DNA from: a virus
Lineage: Duplodnaviria; Caudoviricetes
DNA length: 37,005 nt
Strand: one strand, 5' to 3'
IMG/VR virus record: IMGVR_UViG_3300033487_000316
Location: 1 to 37,005 of that record
In this document: piece after piece, positions 10,238 through 18,815 of the stretch
Layout of the letters: every line of letters begins with the position of its first letter
Position numbering within the stretch: position 1 is the first letter of the stretch
Notes under the pieces: model-generated
Databases searched by the model: none
The model's input: the letters and a program-made list of their open reading frames with translations, nothing else
What the model was told of the DNA's origin: nothing
Translations under genes and position numbers: made by a program

Positions 10238-11062
10238 TTACAACCGCCAATTATAGAGCTGTTGTAGCCAGCGGTTTTGATAGGGTGTGTATCCACCACC
10301 ACCACCACCACCACCACCACCCCAACCAGGCCATCCCTCATCTTCATATCCACCACCCGTAAAGGCTGGCATTTGGGGAGGCTCGATCTCTGCCTCGTTG
10401 GGAAGTGGCGCCGGCGGTCCCTGTAACGGCGGTAACTCATACTGCTTCGGCGGCCATTGGGCTTCTGGCGCGGGCGGTCCAAACTGTGGCTTACCCCAGA
10501 ACGACAAAGGTTTATCGCCGAAGAACGTCTTGAAGTCCTCTACCGTTGGCGCTGGGCCAATCCGGCGACCCTGATTATCAATGCCGCCTGGCTGCGGAGG
10601 CGTAAGCAGCGTCGAATGAATGCCCGGCCCGATGTTACCCGGCTCCCACCTGATCACGTCTGGATAGTAACCCGTGCCGGCCATTAACTCTTGCAGCCGG
10701 CCAGGATACATATAACCCGGTGGCTGTGGCTCGCGTGACTGCTGCGCGTTGGCCTGGGGGATGCGACGTGATACAGCCAGAGCCTGCTCAATAGAGATCG
10801 GCTGCGTCTCTGCCTTGCGGTTGAAGGGTTGCAGTCCACTCGTCTGAGTAAACTTTCCCTTGGGGGAGGCTGGTTTCGTGCTCTCGTCCAATTCAGCCGG
10901 CAAGCCGAATGACGCGCGCCATTTTTCAGATGGCGTTGTAGGTCTGTTGCCACCCGTGAATTTCGGCATCTTCGTTTGATTGGCTGGCATCGGAGTAACA
11001 TTTGTCTGCTGCTGAGCCGGCTTGCTCCGTGGCTTCTTGTATCCACGCTGACCTGATCCCAT
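10238..11062 (-). CDS. Pro/Gly/Gln-rich hypothetical protein, probable internal virion protein
   Basis: 274-aa ORF, GGAGG RBS, lies between portal and giant protein; low complexity with a Gly10 run. Confidence 0.75.
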   Translation of the reverse strand: MGSGQRGYKKPRSKPAQQQTNVTPMPANQTKMPKFTGGNRPTTPSEKWRASFGLPAELDESTKPASPKGKFTQTSGLQPFNRKAETQPISIEQALAVSRRIPQANAQQSREPQPPGYMYPGRLQELMAGTGYYPDVIRWEPGNIGPGIHSTLLTPPQPGGIDNQGRRIGPAPTVEDFKTFFGDKPLSFWGKPQFGPPAPEAQWPPKQYELPPLQGPPAPLPNEAEIEPPQMPAFTGGGYEDEGWPGWGGGGGGGGGGYTPYQNRWLQQLYNWRL

Positions 11063-11075
11063 GTCTTACCTCCTA

Positions 11076-11309
11076 CTAATGCTGTTTAACGATCGCCTTC
11101 ATGCGCTTGATGTTGGTCATCACGCGCTCATACTCTGCCGGATCTGCCTGGCGCAGAATCTCGGCCGCTTGTGGATTACTGAGGATGTCCTGCACTAGCT
11201 GCGCCCGGATGACTGGCGCGAAGAGTGCCGCCTGAAACTGCTCTTCCAGTTGGGCCGCTTTGCGCGTTACATCCATTTCAATTTCTTGCAGCATCAAGAC
11301 ATCAATCAT
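11076..11309 (-). CDS. Hypothetical alpha-helical protein (77 aa)
   Basis: ATGA overlap with the upstream gene stop; fills the operon gap. Confidence 0.7.
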   Translation of the reverse strand: MIDVLMLQEIEMDVTRKAAQLEEQFQAALFAPVIRAQLVQDILSNPQAAEILRQADPAEYERVMTNIKRMKAIVKQH

Positions 11310-12427
11310 GGTGCCGGAGCCTGTCCACGCTGATAGTTATAGTACAGCGGTTCAGTCGGTGCAGAGATGCGCTTACCTGGAACAAAATTGCTGATGTCAG
11401 TGTATGGCCCACGTCCTGGCGTCGGAGCAAAGAAATCTCCACCGATGCGTGTTCCATTGATTGGGTTGTTAGGATCTCCCGCAAATGCAGGCATCTGATA
11501 TGCTTGCGCGCCATACTGCGGATACCACTGGCTCAACTTGCGAAACCAGTATGGGTTTTGGCCGGCGTAAGCGTATGCCTCGGGCGGTCCGCCCCAGCCG
11601 GGAGTATTACCTATTCCTAGAAACCCGCCTGTCCGTGCTCCAACACCTGGCTTGAGTCCCATACCCGGGAAGAACTCTGCATCTGTCTGTTTGGCAGCGC
11701 TGATAAATTGCGGATTGCTTGAGTACCATCCGCCTTGTGGTCCAACATCGAAGTAGTGTCCGTACTCGTGTCGCATGTCCTCTTGGATTTTGTACTCCGG
11801 CTCTCCACCCTGCGATTCTGGAAGCCAGTATTTTGGAGGGTATCCGATCAGATTCTCACGATCGTAGTATTGTGCTCGGCCTTGGGTCGAGTCGCTATAC
11901 CTCGCCGGCACTGATTGCATTCTCAGTTGCGCCGATGGCGTGTACCAACCTCCGCCCAATAGTCGGGCACGCTGATATTCATGAGTTCGTGGTCCAAAGT
12001 TCTGTAGATTGTAACGATTGACCACGCCGGCCGCGAGCGGAGCAGCCACACCCTTAATCAGCGCATCGGCGACAGCCCCGGTAGTCCCTGGGATACGTGT
12101 ACCATACATGCCAGCGCCACCCATTCCGGCCAGTAGTTGCCTGTTCCCGGCCAATCCACCACTGACCGCATTATACGCTCTGGCCGCCGGCGCCATAGCA
12201 CGATTGGCTAAGTCCCTTACAGGAGCGAGCGCGCGGCCCAGGCCAGACCGTGCCGCAGGAGAAGGCGGGCCAGAGAAGCGGGGCATTGTCGGGAGACCAC
12301 GCGCAGCCACACCACGCGCAGCCTGACCGGGCACAGGCCGAGGGGCATTGACCTGAGCGATATTCGTTGCGCCACCAAAGCGTGGCATTCCTACCCGTTG
12401 TCGTGAGATTTGCTCTGCTTGTGCCAT
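11306..12427 (-). CDS. Putative virion-associated protein with C-terminal zincin-like (HExxH) metallopeptidase motif
   Basis: AGGAGG RBS; Arg/Ala/Gly-rich N-terminus; DMRHEYGHYFD...SSNPQF...PEAYA. Confidence 0.7.
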   Translation of the reverse strand: MAQAEQISRQRVGMPRFGGATNIAQVNAPRPVPGQAARGVAARGLPTMPRFSGPPSPAARSGLGRALAPVRDLANRAMAPAARAYNAVSGGLAGNRQLLAGMGGAGMYGTRIPGTTGAVADALIKGVAAPLAAGVVNRYNLQNFGPRTHEYQRARLLGGGWYTPSAQLRMQSVPARYSDSTQGRAQYYDRENLIGYPPKYWLPESQGGEPEYKIQEDMRHEYGHYFDVGPQGGWYSSNPQFISAAKQTDAEFFPGMGLKPGVGARTGGFLGIGNTPGWGGPPEAYAYAGQNPYWFRKLSQWYPQYGAQAYQMPAFAGDPNNPINGTRIGGDFFAPTPGRGPYTDISNFVPGKRISAPTEPLYYNYQRGQAPAP

Positions 12428-12476
12428 CGTATCCTCCTACTGTCCTTATCGTATTTGAACCGGTGATCCATCCACT

Positions 12477-14276
12477 CTAACGTACAGGCAATGGCGCTTG
12501 CAGTGGAGCACCTGGGCCGACTTGTCCACCTGGCGGATACGCGCCGCCGGCCATCTCGTCTGTCACCTGGCCTGTTTGTTGCGCCTGCATCTGGGCTTGC
12601 ATCTGCTGGGCAATCTCTGGCGGCAGACCCTGCATCTCGGGCGACTCGCCCACTGTAGCCGGCTGGGCCTGAGCCTGAGCTTGTTGCGCCTGCATCTGCT
12701 GTTGAAACTCTGCCATCATCTTCTGAAACTCGATCTGATCGCCGGCCTTCAATCTCTCAATGAGGCGACCCAGCTCCACATCCATCCGCTGCTCGGTCCA
12801 GATGTCCTGATCCATAATGTGCGTCTGGCCCATGTTCAATAGATTCTCGCGCACCCAGGCGCGCGAAGCCATCTTACCATTGACCAACATCAGCGAGACA
12901 TTCGCCGCAGATAGCCTATCCTGTGGCAGATCGGGTTCGATCACACATCGAATCTTGAGGTTGTCTGGAATCTCAGACGGATCAATATCAACTGAGGTCA
13001 TGTCACGCCGGTAGAAAGACGACTTATCACCATCCATCTTGAGCCAGCGCATGGACATGAGCATCAGATCGGCGGCAGCACGCCCCATCATTTCCTTGTG
13101 ACTGACCAGCGGTAGGCGGCCGGCCTGTGCGAGCAATGAGATCGAAGAGAAAGGCATCGTCCCTTGCGGGGGAGCACCTAATGCCTGTGGTTGGATCGTG
13201 CTTGAATTTCCGAAGCGCTGCGCCAGGTCAAGACTGGTGAACAGATTCTGATCGACAATCTTCTCAACGAACGGGTTAATGTCCTCGTCCGGCCCGATGT
13301 CCACCACCCCGCCAGGCGTCGAGCGATCGATGACCAGCGGACTACCCTTCTCGGCTGTCTTGCGCTTCATCAGCGGCGATGAGCCTAGCGCATACACGAG
13401 ACTGTAGATCGTGGTCAGTGACAGATTCTCCCGATACCACAGACCAGACTTGAGAAACGAGTACAGTAACGGAATGCGCTGTAACTCTGGCCGGTCATAG
13501 TCGAAGAGGAATGAGCCATCCGTGATCTGTGCGACGAACGGAATAAAATCAAGTCCGTGATCGTCCCATAGAATCTCTGCCCCCTCTTCCACCCACACGC
13601 CGCGCTTTTCCCAATCGTAGTAATCGACCAGCGTGATTTGAGTGTTGCGCTCGGTGAGCAGCGGCATCGCATCCTCGGCCAGTTTTCCCCACGTATCGAT
13701 CACCTCGCCCCAAGTCGTGCGCTGTTTGACCACAACCCGAGACAACCCATAGCGATCGATGTCTGGATAGAACTTGGAGGGATCGTAAATCTTGTAGTAG
13801 TACGGGGTCTCGTGCGCCAGTGCCCGCATACGATTGATGGCGCCGCGTAGCTTGGCCTGTTCGGCATACTTCACCAGGTCGGCAGTCTTGGTGACGGATG
13901 CGCCAATCTCGCCGAAGAGGATAGCCGAGGTCGCCATCTCGTAATGGACCGGGCGCTGTGCTACACGTCCGCTGCCATCCCACATCGAACGGCACGCAAC
14001 TTCGATCGCGTCGGCCGACGACTTGGCGTTGTCGTCATTCTGATTGTAGGGTACGGTGATCTGCGGCTCGGTAGCGGTCAGTAGACGGATAGCCCCGAGA
14101 CTGCTGTTATGCGCAGACGGCGACATGGTAGGCTTGATCCAATCTGCCTTGGGCGCTTCCTGCCACTCCATATGATAGGCGCGACGAATCTCGTTATTGA
14201 ACTCATCACGCTTAGCATATCTCGTGGAGAGCTGGATAGCGACGTGTCTGGCATCCTCGATCGTAAAGTCTGGCAT
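12477..14276 (-). CDS. Portal protein (probable)
   Basis: 599 aa, downstream of TerL, helical core with Gln/Pro/Met-rich C-terminal tail typical of podovirus-like portals; assigned by size, position and composition. Confidence 0.7.
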   Translation of the reverse strand: MPDFTIEDARHVAIQLSTRYAKRDEFNNEIRRAYHMEWQEAPKADWIKPTMSPSAHNSSLGAIRLLTATEPQITVPYNQNDDNAKSSADAIEVACRSMWDGSGRVAQRPVHYEMATSAILFGEIGASVTKTADLVKYAEQAKLRGAINRMRALAHETPYYYKIYDPSKFYPDIDRYGLSRVVVKQRTTWGEVIDTWGKLAEDAMPLLTERNTQITLVDYYDWEKRGVWVEEGAEILWDDHGLDFIPFVAQITDGSFLFDYDRPELQRIPLLYSFLKSGLWYRENLSLTTIYSLVYALGSSPLMKRKTAEKGSPLVIDRSTPGGVVDIGPDEDINPFVEKIVDQNLFTSLDLAQRFGNSSTIQPQALGAPPQGTMPFSSISLLAQAGRLPLVSHKEMMGRAAADLMLMSMRWLKMDGDKSSFYRRDMTSVDIDPSEIPDNLKIRCVIEPDLPQDRLSAANVSLMLVNGKMASRAWVRENLLNMGQTHIMDQDIWTEQRMDVELGRLIERLKAGDQIEFQKMMAEFQQQMQAQQAQAQAQPATVGESPEMQGLPPEIAQQMQAQMQAQQTGQVTDEMAGGAYPPGGQVGPGAPLQAPLPVR

Positions 14277-14290
14277 GGGCAGATCCTATG

Positions 14291-14329
14291 AAACAGAAGC
14301 GCCGGCCTCCCTATACGGGGGGCCGGCGC
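14291..14329 (-). terminator. GC-rich hairpin with T-rich tail between the portal promoter and portal start
   Basis: GCGCCGGCCCCCC-GTATA-GGGAGGCCGGCGC then TTCTGTTT on the minus strand; one C-A mismatch on this strand. Confidence 0.5.
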
Positions 14330-14353
14330 GGGTAGCGATCCGGTGTTATGCTC

Positions 14354-14383
14354 AGTGTATCATAATGGGGGGATCATAGTCAA
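14354..14383 (-). promoter_or_regulatory. sigma70-like promoter TTGACT-N18-TACACT (extended -10 TGn) for the portal operon
   Basis: Same spacing and same or near-identical hexamers recur at 18151-18180, 27693-27722 and 27771-27800. Confidence 0.7.
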
Positions 14384-14534
14384 CTACCTACCTACCTAAC
14401 CTTTCGACACACCCTATCCCACTCAGAAGCGCTGTAAAATGTCGCCAGGTAGACCAATCATGGGTGTGTTTAGGTCAGGTAGGTAGGTAGCGGGGTTTCG
14501 GGTAACCCGAATCGAATCGGGTAACCCGAAACCC
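14384..14534. repeat. Nested inverted-repeat region
   Basis: CTACCTACCTACCTAACCT...ACACACCC (14384-14414) pairs with GGGTGTGT..AGGTCAGGTAGGTAGGTAG (14462-14490); then a near-palindrome at 14493-14534 containing two TCGGGTAACCCGA copies. Confidence 0.8.
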
Positions 14535-14552
14535 AAGTATAAACCGCAGTGC

Positions 14553-14969
14553 TCAGTGATCCATACGCTCGACTTGTGATTTGAGAGATTCTTTATACAG
14601 CCTAATCGCCCGCAGCGCACAGTTAGAGACATGCACTCTATCCGTTTCTCCGAACTCGCGGAAGAGGACAGAGCGGATGTAGTACGAATGCGGCATACGC
14701 CCCACCTCATCTGCCGGCACCTTACGCCATAGTTCCAGCGCTCTAGTGATAATGGGATCGTCGGCCTTGCTCTTGCGCCGGCTGCGTGCCATGAACGTCA
14801 TGCGCTCGTCGTCGAGTTGAACCTTGAACTGATTCGCGCCGATCTCGACAACTGCGGCCATTCCGTGCATGGGGACATAGAACTGATCGCCGATCCGCAG
14901 TGTGATGCTTTCGTGTCTGCGTCCTGCGCCCTCTCGTTTTCCTCCGCTGCGACCGCTCTTACCTGACAT
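14553..14969 (-). CDS. Putative transcription-related protein: GGKREGAGR basic motif plus CarD-RID-like segment
   Basis: Start reassigned to 14969 (AAGGGG RBS, downstream of promoter); LRIGDQFYVPMHGMAAVVEI resembles the CarD N-terminal motif IGDxVVYPMHGxGxI. Confidence 0.7.
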   Translation of the reverse strand: MSGKSGRSGGKREGAGRRHESITLRIGDQFYVPMHGMAAVVEIGANQFKVQLDDERMTFMARSRRKSKADDPIITRALELWRKVPADEVGRMPHSYYIRSVLFREFGETDRVHVSNCALRAIRLYKESLKSQVERMDH

Positions 14970-15018
14970 GATGATTGCCCCTTGCGCGTTGGAGTCGCGC
15001 CCTCGTTTTGTTGATTTG

Positions 15019-15068
15019 ATTATATATCCAATCATATCTAGGTCAATCTATTTCGACCTTAAATTTTT
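15019..15068 (-). promoter_or_regulatory. Promoter AAAAATTTAAGG-N10-TTGACC-N16-TATAAT
   Basis: Near-consensus -35/-10; the upstream 12-mer is shared with 21848-21859 and 27749-27760. Confidence 0.75.
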
Positions 15069-15099
15069 ATCGAAGCCGCACTAGAGGACTCCATAAACG

Positions 15100-15129
15100 G
15101 ACACAGCCGGCGCGCGCGCCGGCTGTGTC
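15100..15129. terminator. Perfect 30-bp palindrome, probable terminator after the TerL operon
   Basis: GACACAGCCGGCGCGCGCGCCGGCTGTGTC equals its reverse complement; followed by CGTTTAT on the minus strand. Confidence 0.6.
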
Positions 15130-15153
15130 ATTGCTGAGGTGATTCTTAGATTG

Positions 15154-15390
15154 TCAATTCAGATTGAACTCGTTCTCACTCAGCCAGAATGGAAAGACAT
15201 GCTTGACATCCTGGCTCTCGATGGCAGCGCACAGGCGGAAGTAAGATTGAAATTGAAGCGGCTGATCTTTCTCAGAGATCGTCACTCGATACACACTGAG
15301 GATCGAGGCCGTTGGCCGGCTGCTGCTGACACCATTCGTGTGGTATGGAAATACATCATGATTCGTGGTGTAGTCATCATCTGGTTGCAT
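15154..15390 (-). CDS. Hypothetical protein (78 aa)
   Basis: ATG immediately after the TerL stop with GGAAAGGA RBS. Confidence 0.55.
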   Translation of the reverse strand: MQPDDDYTTNHDVFPYHTNGVSSSRPTASILSVYRVTISEKDQPLQFQSYFRLCAAIESQDVKHVFPFWLSENEFNLN

Positions 15391-15391
15391 G

Positions 15392-16828
15392 TTAGAAGTC
15401 CTTTCCTGCAAGCACGCCCTGCCCTATTCGTAGATGCTTGGCGAGTGGATCGTTGACCAGTTGCTCGCCCGGCTGCAGTCGTGGTTTAGGATTGATAGCG
15501 GTTAGGGCGTAACGAGTGCCGTCATAGATGTGATCGTCGGCGTCACTGTCCACGTCCTCCATGTTACCACTCTCGGCATACGGCAGTGCCGGCACATCTT
15601 CAATCCAGTTGACGCAGGTCTCAAACACCATCAGTCCTGGCCGACCATCAGGCAGGTCGGCGAGCAGGGTATCGATCTTGCGCTTCCCTATAATACGATT
15701 GTTGTCAGCCTTAGTCAAGTAGATCTTCTCGGCTGCGTACTCGTCGGCCGTAGAGAAGATACGTTTCTCTTCTGATTTCTTCGTCCACATCGACGGATCG
15801 GCGAAGGTGGAGGCGAACTTCTCGCCGGGCAGTGAGTTGTCGTGCAGCGCGCGGGCCTGCTGCCGATCGGTTAGGCCGGCTTGTTTGACCTCACGGTAGA
15901 TATAGATGCGCCCAATATCCGGGTCTTTGGAGATCCACACACACGCGAACGGATTGCGATAGCCCCAGTCTACTCCACGATAGCGAGTCCAGTGGCCGGG
16001 AATATCGAACGGAGTGCAGACGTGCCGCTCGTGCCGCCAGGCTGGGAATGCCTGACCCTCGAAAATATCCCAATCGCCGTCTCGCCAGGCTTTGCCCAGT
16101 GCGCCAGTCAGGCCAAGTAGATAGTTGATGTACTCTTGGTGCAACCACGGATTATCACGATAAGTCGAGGGGAAGAACCGTGTTTCGGTCTGCCGCTTCT
16201 CGCGCAGCGGAATGACGTACAGGTTCTTGAAGTCAAGATGTCCCACTCCGCCAGGGTTGGAACTCTCGTACCATCTCGCGCGCCAGTCGCGCCGGCTCGT
16301 GCGCAGACTACCGCGAATCTTCTCACGCTTCTTGCCGGTGATCTGGGTGCCCTCTTCGAGGACGATGACATCGTACTCAATGCCGAGATAGTTATCGATG
16401 TCGCGCTCGGCATTGTAGCCGCCGATGAGAATACGCGATCCGTTTTCAAACACCACCTTGCCGGCCGTGATTTCCTTGGCGACGTTGCGGAAGACCTTAC
16501 GGGTTAAGTCGTCGAACGATTCAGCCGCCTTCTTCATCACCTTACGCAGGAAGAGAGCCTTCAAACCTGGCGCCCGCTGACAGTCGTCTAGTCCAACCTG
16601 TGCCATGATCGCGTGAGATTTACCAGGACCTCGCGCGCCGCCGCAGGCTATCATGACCGGACCATCTTCCCGATCGGCTTCACGCGCCGCCGCATGGAAT
16701 GGGAGCGACCAGGCCAGCGGCACATAGGCCGCCTGCCCAAAGTTTGCCATCTGGTCCAGTGGCACGCCGGCCGATATGGCATCCCCGAAGAGGATAGCAC
16801 TCAGCTCAGGATCTGCGGCGATGTCCAT
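15392..16828 (-). CDS. terL: Terminase large subunit
   Basis: Walker A GGARGPGKS, Walker B VIVLEE, coupling motif SSNPGG, RNase H-like nuclease motifs GVDWGYRNP / FADPSMW / DHIYDGTRY. Confidence 0.95.
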   Translation of the reverse strand: MDIAADPELSAILFGDAISAGVPLDQMANFGQAAYVPLAWSLPFHAAAREADREDGPVMIACGGARGPGKSHAIMAQVGLDDCQRAPGLKALFLRKVMKKAAESFDDLTRKVFRNVAKEITAGKVVFENGSRILIGGYNAERDIDNYLGIEYDVIVLEEGTQITGKKREKIRGSLRTSRRDWRARWYESSNPGGVGHLDFKNLYVIPLREKRQTETRFFPSTYRDNPWLHQEYINYLLGLTGALGKAWRDGDWDIFEGQAFPAWRHERHVCTPFDIPGHWTRYRGVDWGYRNPFACVWISKDPDIGRIYIYREVKQAGLTDRQQARALHDNSLPGEKFASTFADPSMWTKKSEEKRIFSTADEYAAEKIYLTKADNNRIIGKRKIDTLLADLPDGRPGLMVFETCVNWIEDVPALPYAESGNMEDVDSDADDHIYDGTRYALTAINPKPRLQPGEQLVNDPLAKHLRIGQGVLAGKDF

Positions 16829-17483
16829 AGGCTTTTTCTAGCATCTCGTTGTAGTTGGTGATGTTGACCAGTAACTCCCGGTCGGCCGGCTTGTTATCGG
16901 AGAACAACTCGTAGTGTTTGCCCAACAGTTCCAGCGCCGACTTGGCGTCGTACAGTTCGACCTTAATCCCCTTGTCGGTGATGGAAATACTCTTGATGAG
17001 ATGGAGTTTACCGGCAGCGCGTGCGCGTTCGAGATCGATCGTGCTCAGCAGGATCAACCCATCCTCGCTGATGTGGACCTCACCGATGAAGTCCCCCATT
17101 GTGCCCTGTGCCATGTCGGAGAGACGCGCCAATACCTCATCAGCACTTAGCTTGTGCTCGGCGAGTCGCGCAGCAATGGCGGCCTTAACTGCTTGATTCT
17201 GCTTATTATTCCAGCCGCTTACCTCGGGGTCGCTGTAGCCGGCGCGGCGCGCGGCTTCGGTGGCATTCCAGCAGCGCAGATACTGTTCCAACCATACACG
17301 CTGCTTGTTGGTCAGGCCGTCAAGGTCTGGTGTTTCTTTGACTTCTGGGGCCTGGTCTGATGCCGGCAGAGTTTTGAGAACAGTCGCAATCGCCGGCGGG
17401 GTCTGGTGCTTACGCTTCCGTGTGACAGGTTTATTGATAGCGGGTTTCTTCGCGGTCTTCTTAGCGGGTTTCTTTGCAGTCAC
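16806..17483 (-). CDS. terS: Terminase small subunit
   Basis: LTNKQRVWLEQYL..NATEAARRAGYS helix-turn-helix and KSALELLGKH motif; overlaps the TerL start; Lys/Ala-rich N-terminal extension. Confidence 0.9.
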   Translation of the reverse strand: MTAKKPAKKTAKKPAINKPVTRKRKHQTPPAIATVLKTLPASDQAPEVKETPDLDGLTNKQRVWLEQYLRCWNATEAARRAGYSDPEVSGWNNKQNQAVKAAIAARLAEHKLSADEVLARLSDMAQGTMGDFIGEVHISEDGLILLSTIDLERARAAGKLHLIKSISITDKGIKVELYDAKSALELLGKHYELFSDNKPADRELLVNITNYNEMLEKAYGHRRRS

Positions 17484-17558
17484 GGCTCACCTCAGAACCG
17501 CCGGCGAAAGCGTAGCGCTCTCTTCCTGCCGGTGTCCTATCCACCCTGCTCTGGATGG

Positions 17559-17753
17559 TTACTTCCCCTTATAAGCTGGCATCGCTCCGCGCAAACTCTT
17601 GCCGGATGAGGCAGCCTTTTGGAACTTCTTTTTACCGTACTTCTTCCGACCGATCCATGCCGCCAGCGCTTTTGGATCTCTTACGCCCTTGCGCTTGAGC
17701 GATGTGGAAAGATTCTTGAAGCCGGTCCACTTCGGCATAGACTTCCCGGCCAT
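17559..17753 (-). CDS. Small basic phage protein (DPKALAAWIGRKKYG type)
   Basis: 64 aa, Lys-rich, AGGGGG RBS; I recall this motif from phage proteins next to packaging genes. Confidence 0.8.
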   Translation of the reverse strand: MAGKSMPKWTGFKNLSTSLKRKGVRDPKALAAWIGRKKYGKKKFQKAASSGKSLRGAMPAYKGK

Positions 17754-17765
17754 GTCTCTACCCCC

Positions 17766-18089
17766 TTACATGCCAGAGAATGGCGGCATCGATCCACGCG
17801 GTTTCCCACGACCCATCATCTTGCCACCTGGCGCAGCGCCCAGCGGGTTCTCTCCAAAGGCAGGCATACCCGGCGGCATACCCGGCCGGCCAGCGGCTGG
17901 GCGGCGCGCGGGCATGGGTGCCATCATCTCACCTTCCGGCTCTTCGGACTCTTCCTCTTCCTCTTCCTCTTCCGGCATCTCTTCCTCGCCGGCGTTGAGC
18001 TCTTCGAGTTTCGCCTGGGCTTCCGCCTGCGGCATTGGATCGGATTGCAACAGTGCCATACCCTGACCGACCGGAATAACTTTGAACAT
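17766..18089 (-). CDS. Acidic/Pro-rich hypothetical protein
   Basis: AGGAG RBS, 107 aa, poly-Glu tract; first gene after the promoter at 18151-18180. Confidence 0.75.
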   Translation of the reverse strand: MFKVIPVGQGMALLQSDPMPQAEAQAKLEELNAGEEEMPEEEEEEEESEEPEGEMMAPMPARRPAAGRPGMPPGMPAFGENPLGAAPGGKMMGRGKPRGSMPPFSGM

Positions 18090-18100
18090 GGTTAGCTCCT

Positions 18101-18138
18101 AACGAAAACCGGACAGTGCGTCAAGCGCTCTGCCCGGT
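18101..18138 (-). terminator. Leader terminator-like hairpin between promoter and first packaging-operon gene
   Basis: ACCGGGCAGAGCG-CTTGA-CGCACTGTCCGGT then TTTCGTT. Confidence 0.55.
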
Positions 18139-18150
18139 AGGGTTATCTAC

Positions 18151-18180
18151 AGTCTATCACAGGTTAGGTGGTCAAGTCAA
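18151..18180 (-). promoter_or_regulatory. Promoter TTGACT-N18-TAGACT (extended -10) for the packaging operon
   Basis: Matches the repeated TTGACT-N18-TASACT architecture. Confidence 0.7.
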
Positions 18181-18813
18181 TCTGGCATGTTCCAGCCACA
18201 CGTCCCCGTGGCATGGTTCTGAGAGAGAGCACCAGCACATCACGTTCTTGCCGCGCAGTGGCGCGACCAATTCCTCTAACTCTGACGGCGACATTGCAGC
18301 GAGGTAGTCGCGGAAACAATTGACGGCCTGCTCGGCGGCCAGCCGCTTCGATGGTCGCGTTGCTAGAATAGTCGTTCCACGCACGACAACCCACACGCCC
18401 CCCGCCCGGCGAACCTTGATCGGATTCTGCCACTTACTAGGCCGGCCCACATAGACCGCACCCTCCGGCGCGCGCCAGCCCTTACTCCGCTTGCGTTGTA
18501 TTCTGTTCATGGTTGGTAACTCCACAAATGACTTAGTAGATCCGCGGGCGATGGCGGCAGATACTCCGATGTGACTATCCATTGCATACTGAGCCATCAC
18601 CTTCATAGATTCATGACCGAGACGAGAATCACACCACTCGATTCGCTCTGAGTAAAACTTGATCGCCTGTTCCTCGTGCCACAGGCACGCCTTGCGCTCG
18701 GCGGCGATTGCGGCAGCGATCACATTCACAAGCGCTCGGTACTTTGAGCTGTCGCTTGCGATCGGTACGTTGTTCTCGTTGATATACTGCGCGGCATATT
18801 GATCGGCGTTCAT
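18172..18813 (-). CDS. DUF4326-domain protein
   Basis: C-terminal RIQRKRSKGWR..GAVYVGRPSKWQNP...LRGKNVMCWC...CHGDVW; possible internal start at 18510 (GGAG RBS). Confidence 0.85.
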   Translation of the reverse strand: MNADQYAAQYINENNVPIASDSSKYRALVNVIAAAIAAERKACLWHEEQAIKFYSERIEWCDSRLGHESMKVMAQYAMDSHIGVSAAIARGSTKSFVELPTMNRIQRKRSKGWRAPEGAVYVGRPSKWQNPIKVRRAGGVWVVVRGTTILATRPSKRLAAEQAVNCFRDYLAAMSPSELEELVAPLRGKNVMCWCSLSEPCHGDVWLEHARLT

Positions 18814-18815
18814 GG

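Noticed and set aside
10293-10321. (CCA)n microsatellite
   Set aside because: Encodes a poly-Gly run in frame; triplet slippage would not phase-vary the gene
15139-15456. Plus-strand 105-aa ORF
   Set aside because: Antisense to terL and to 15154-15390, which has an RBS and operon coupling
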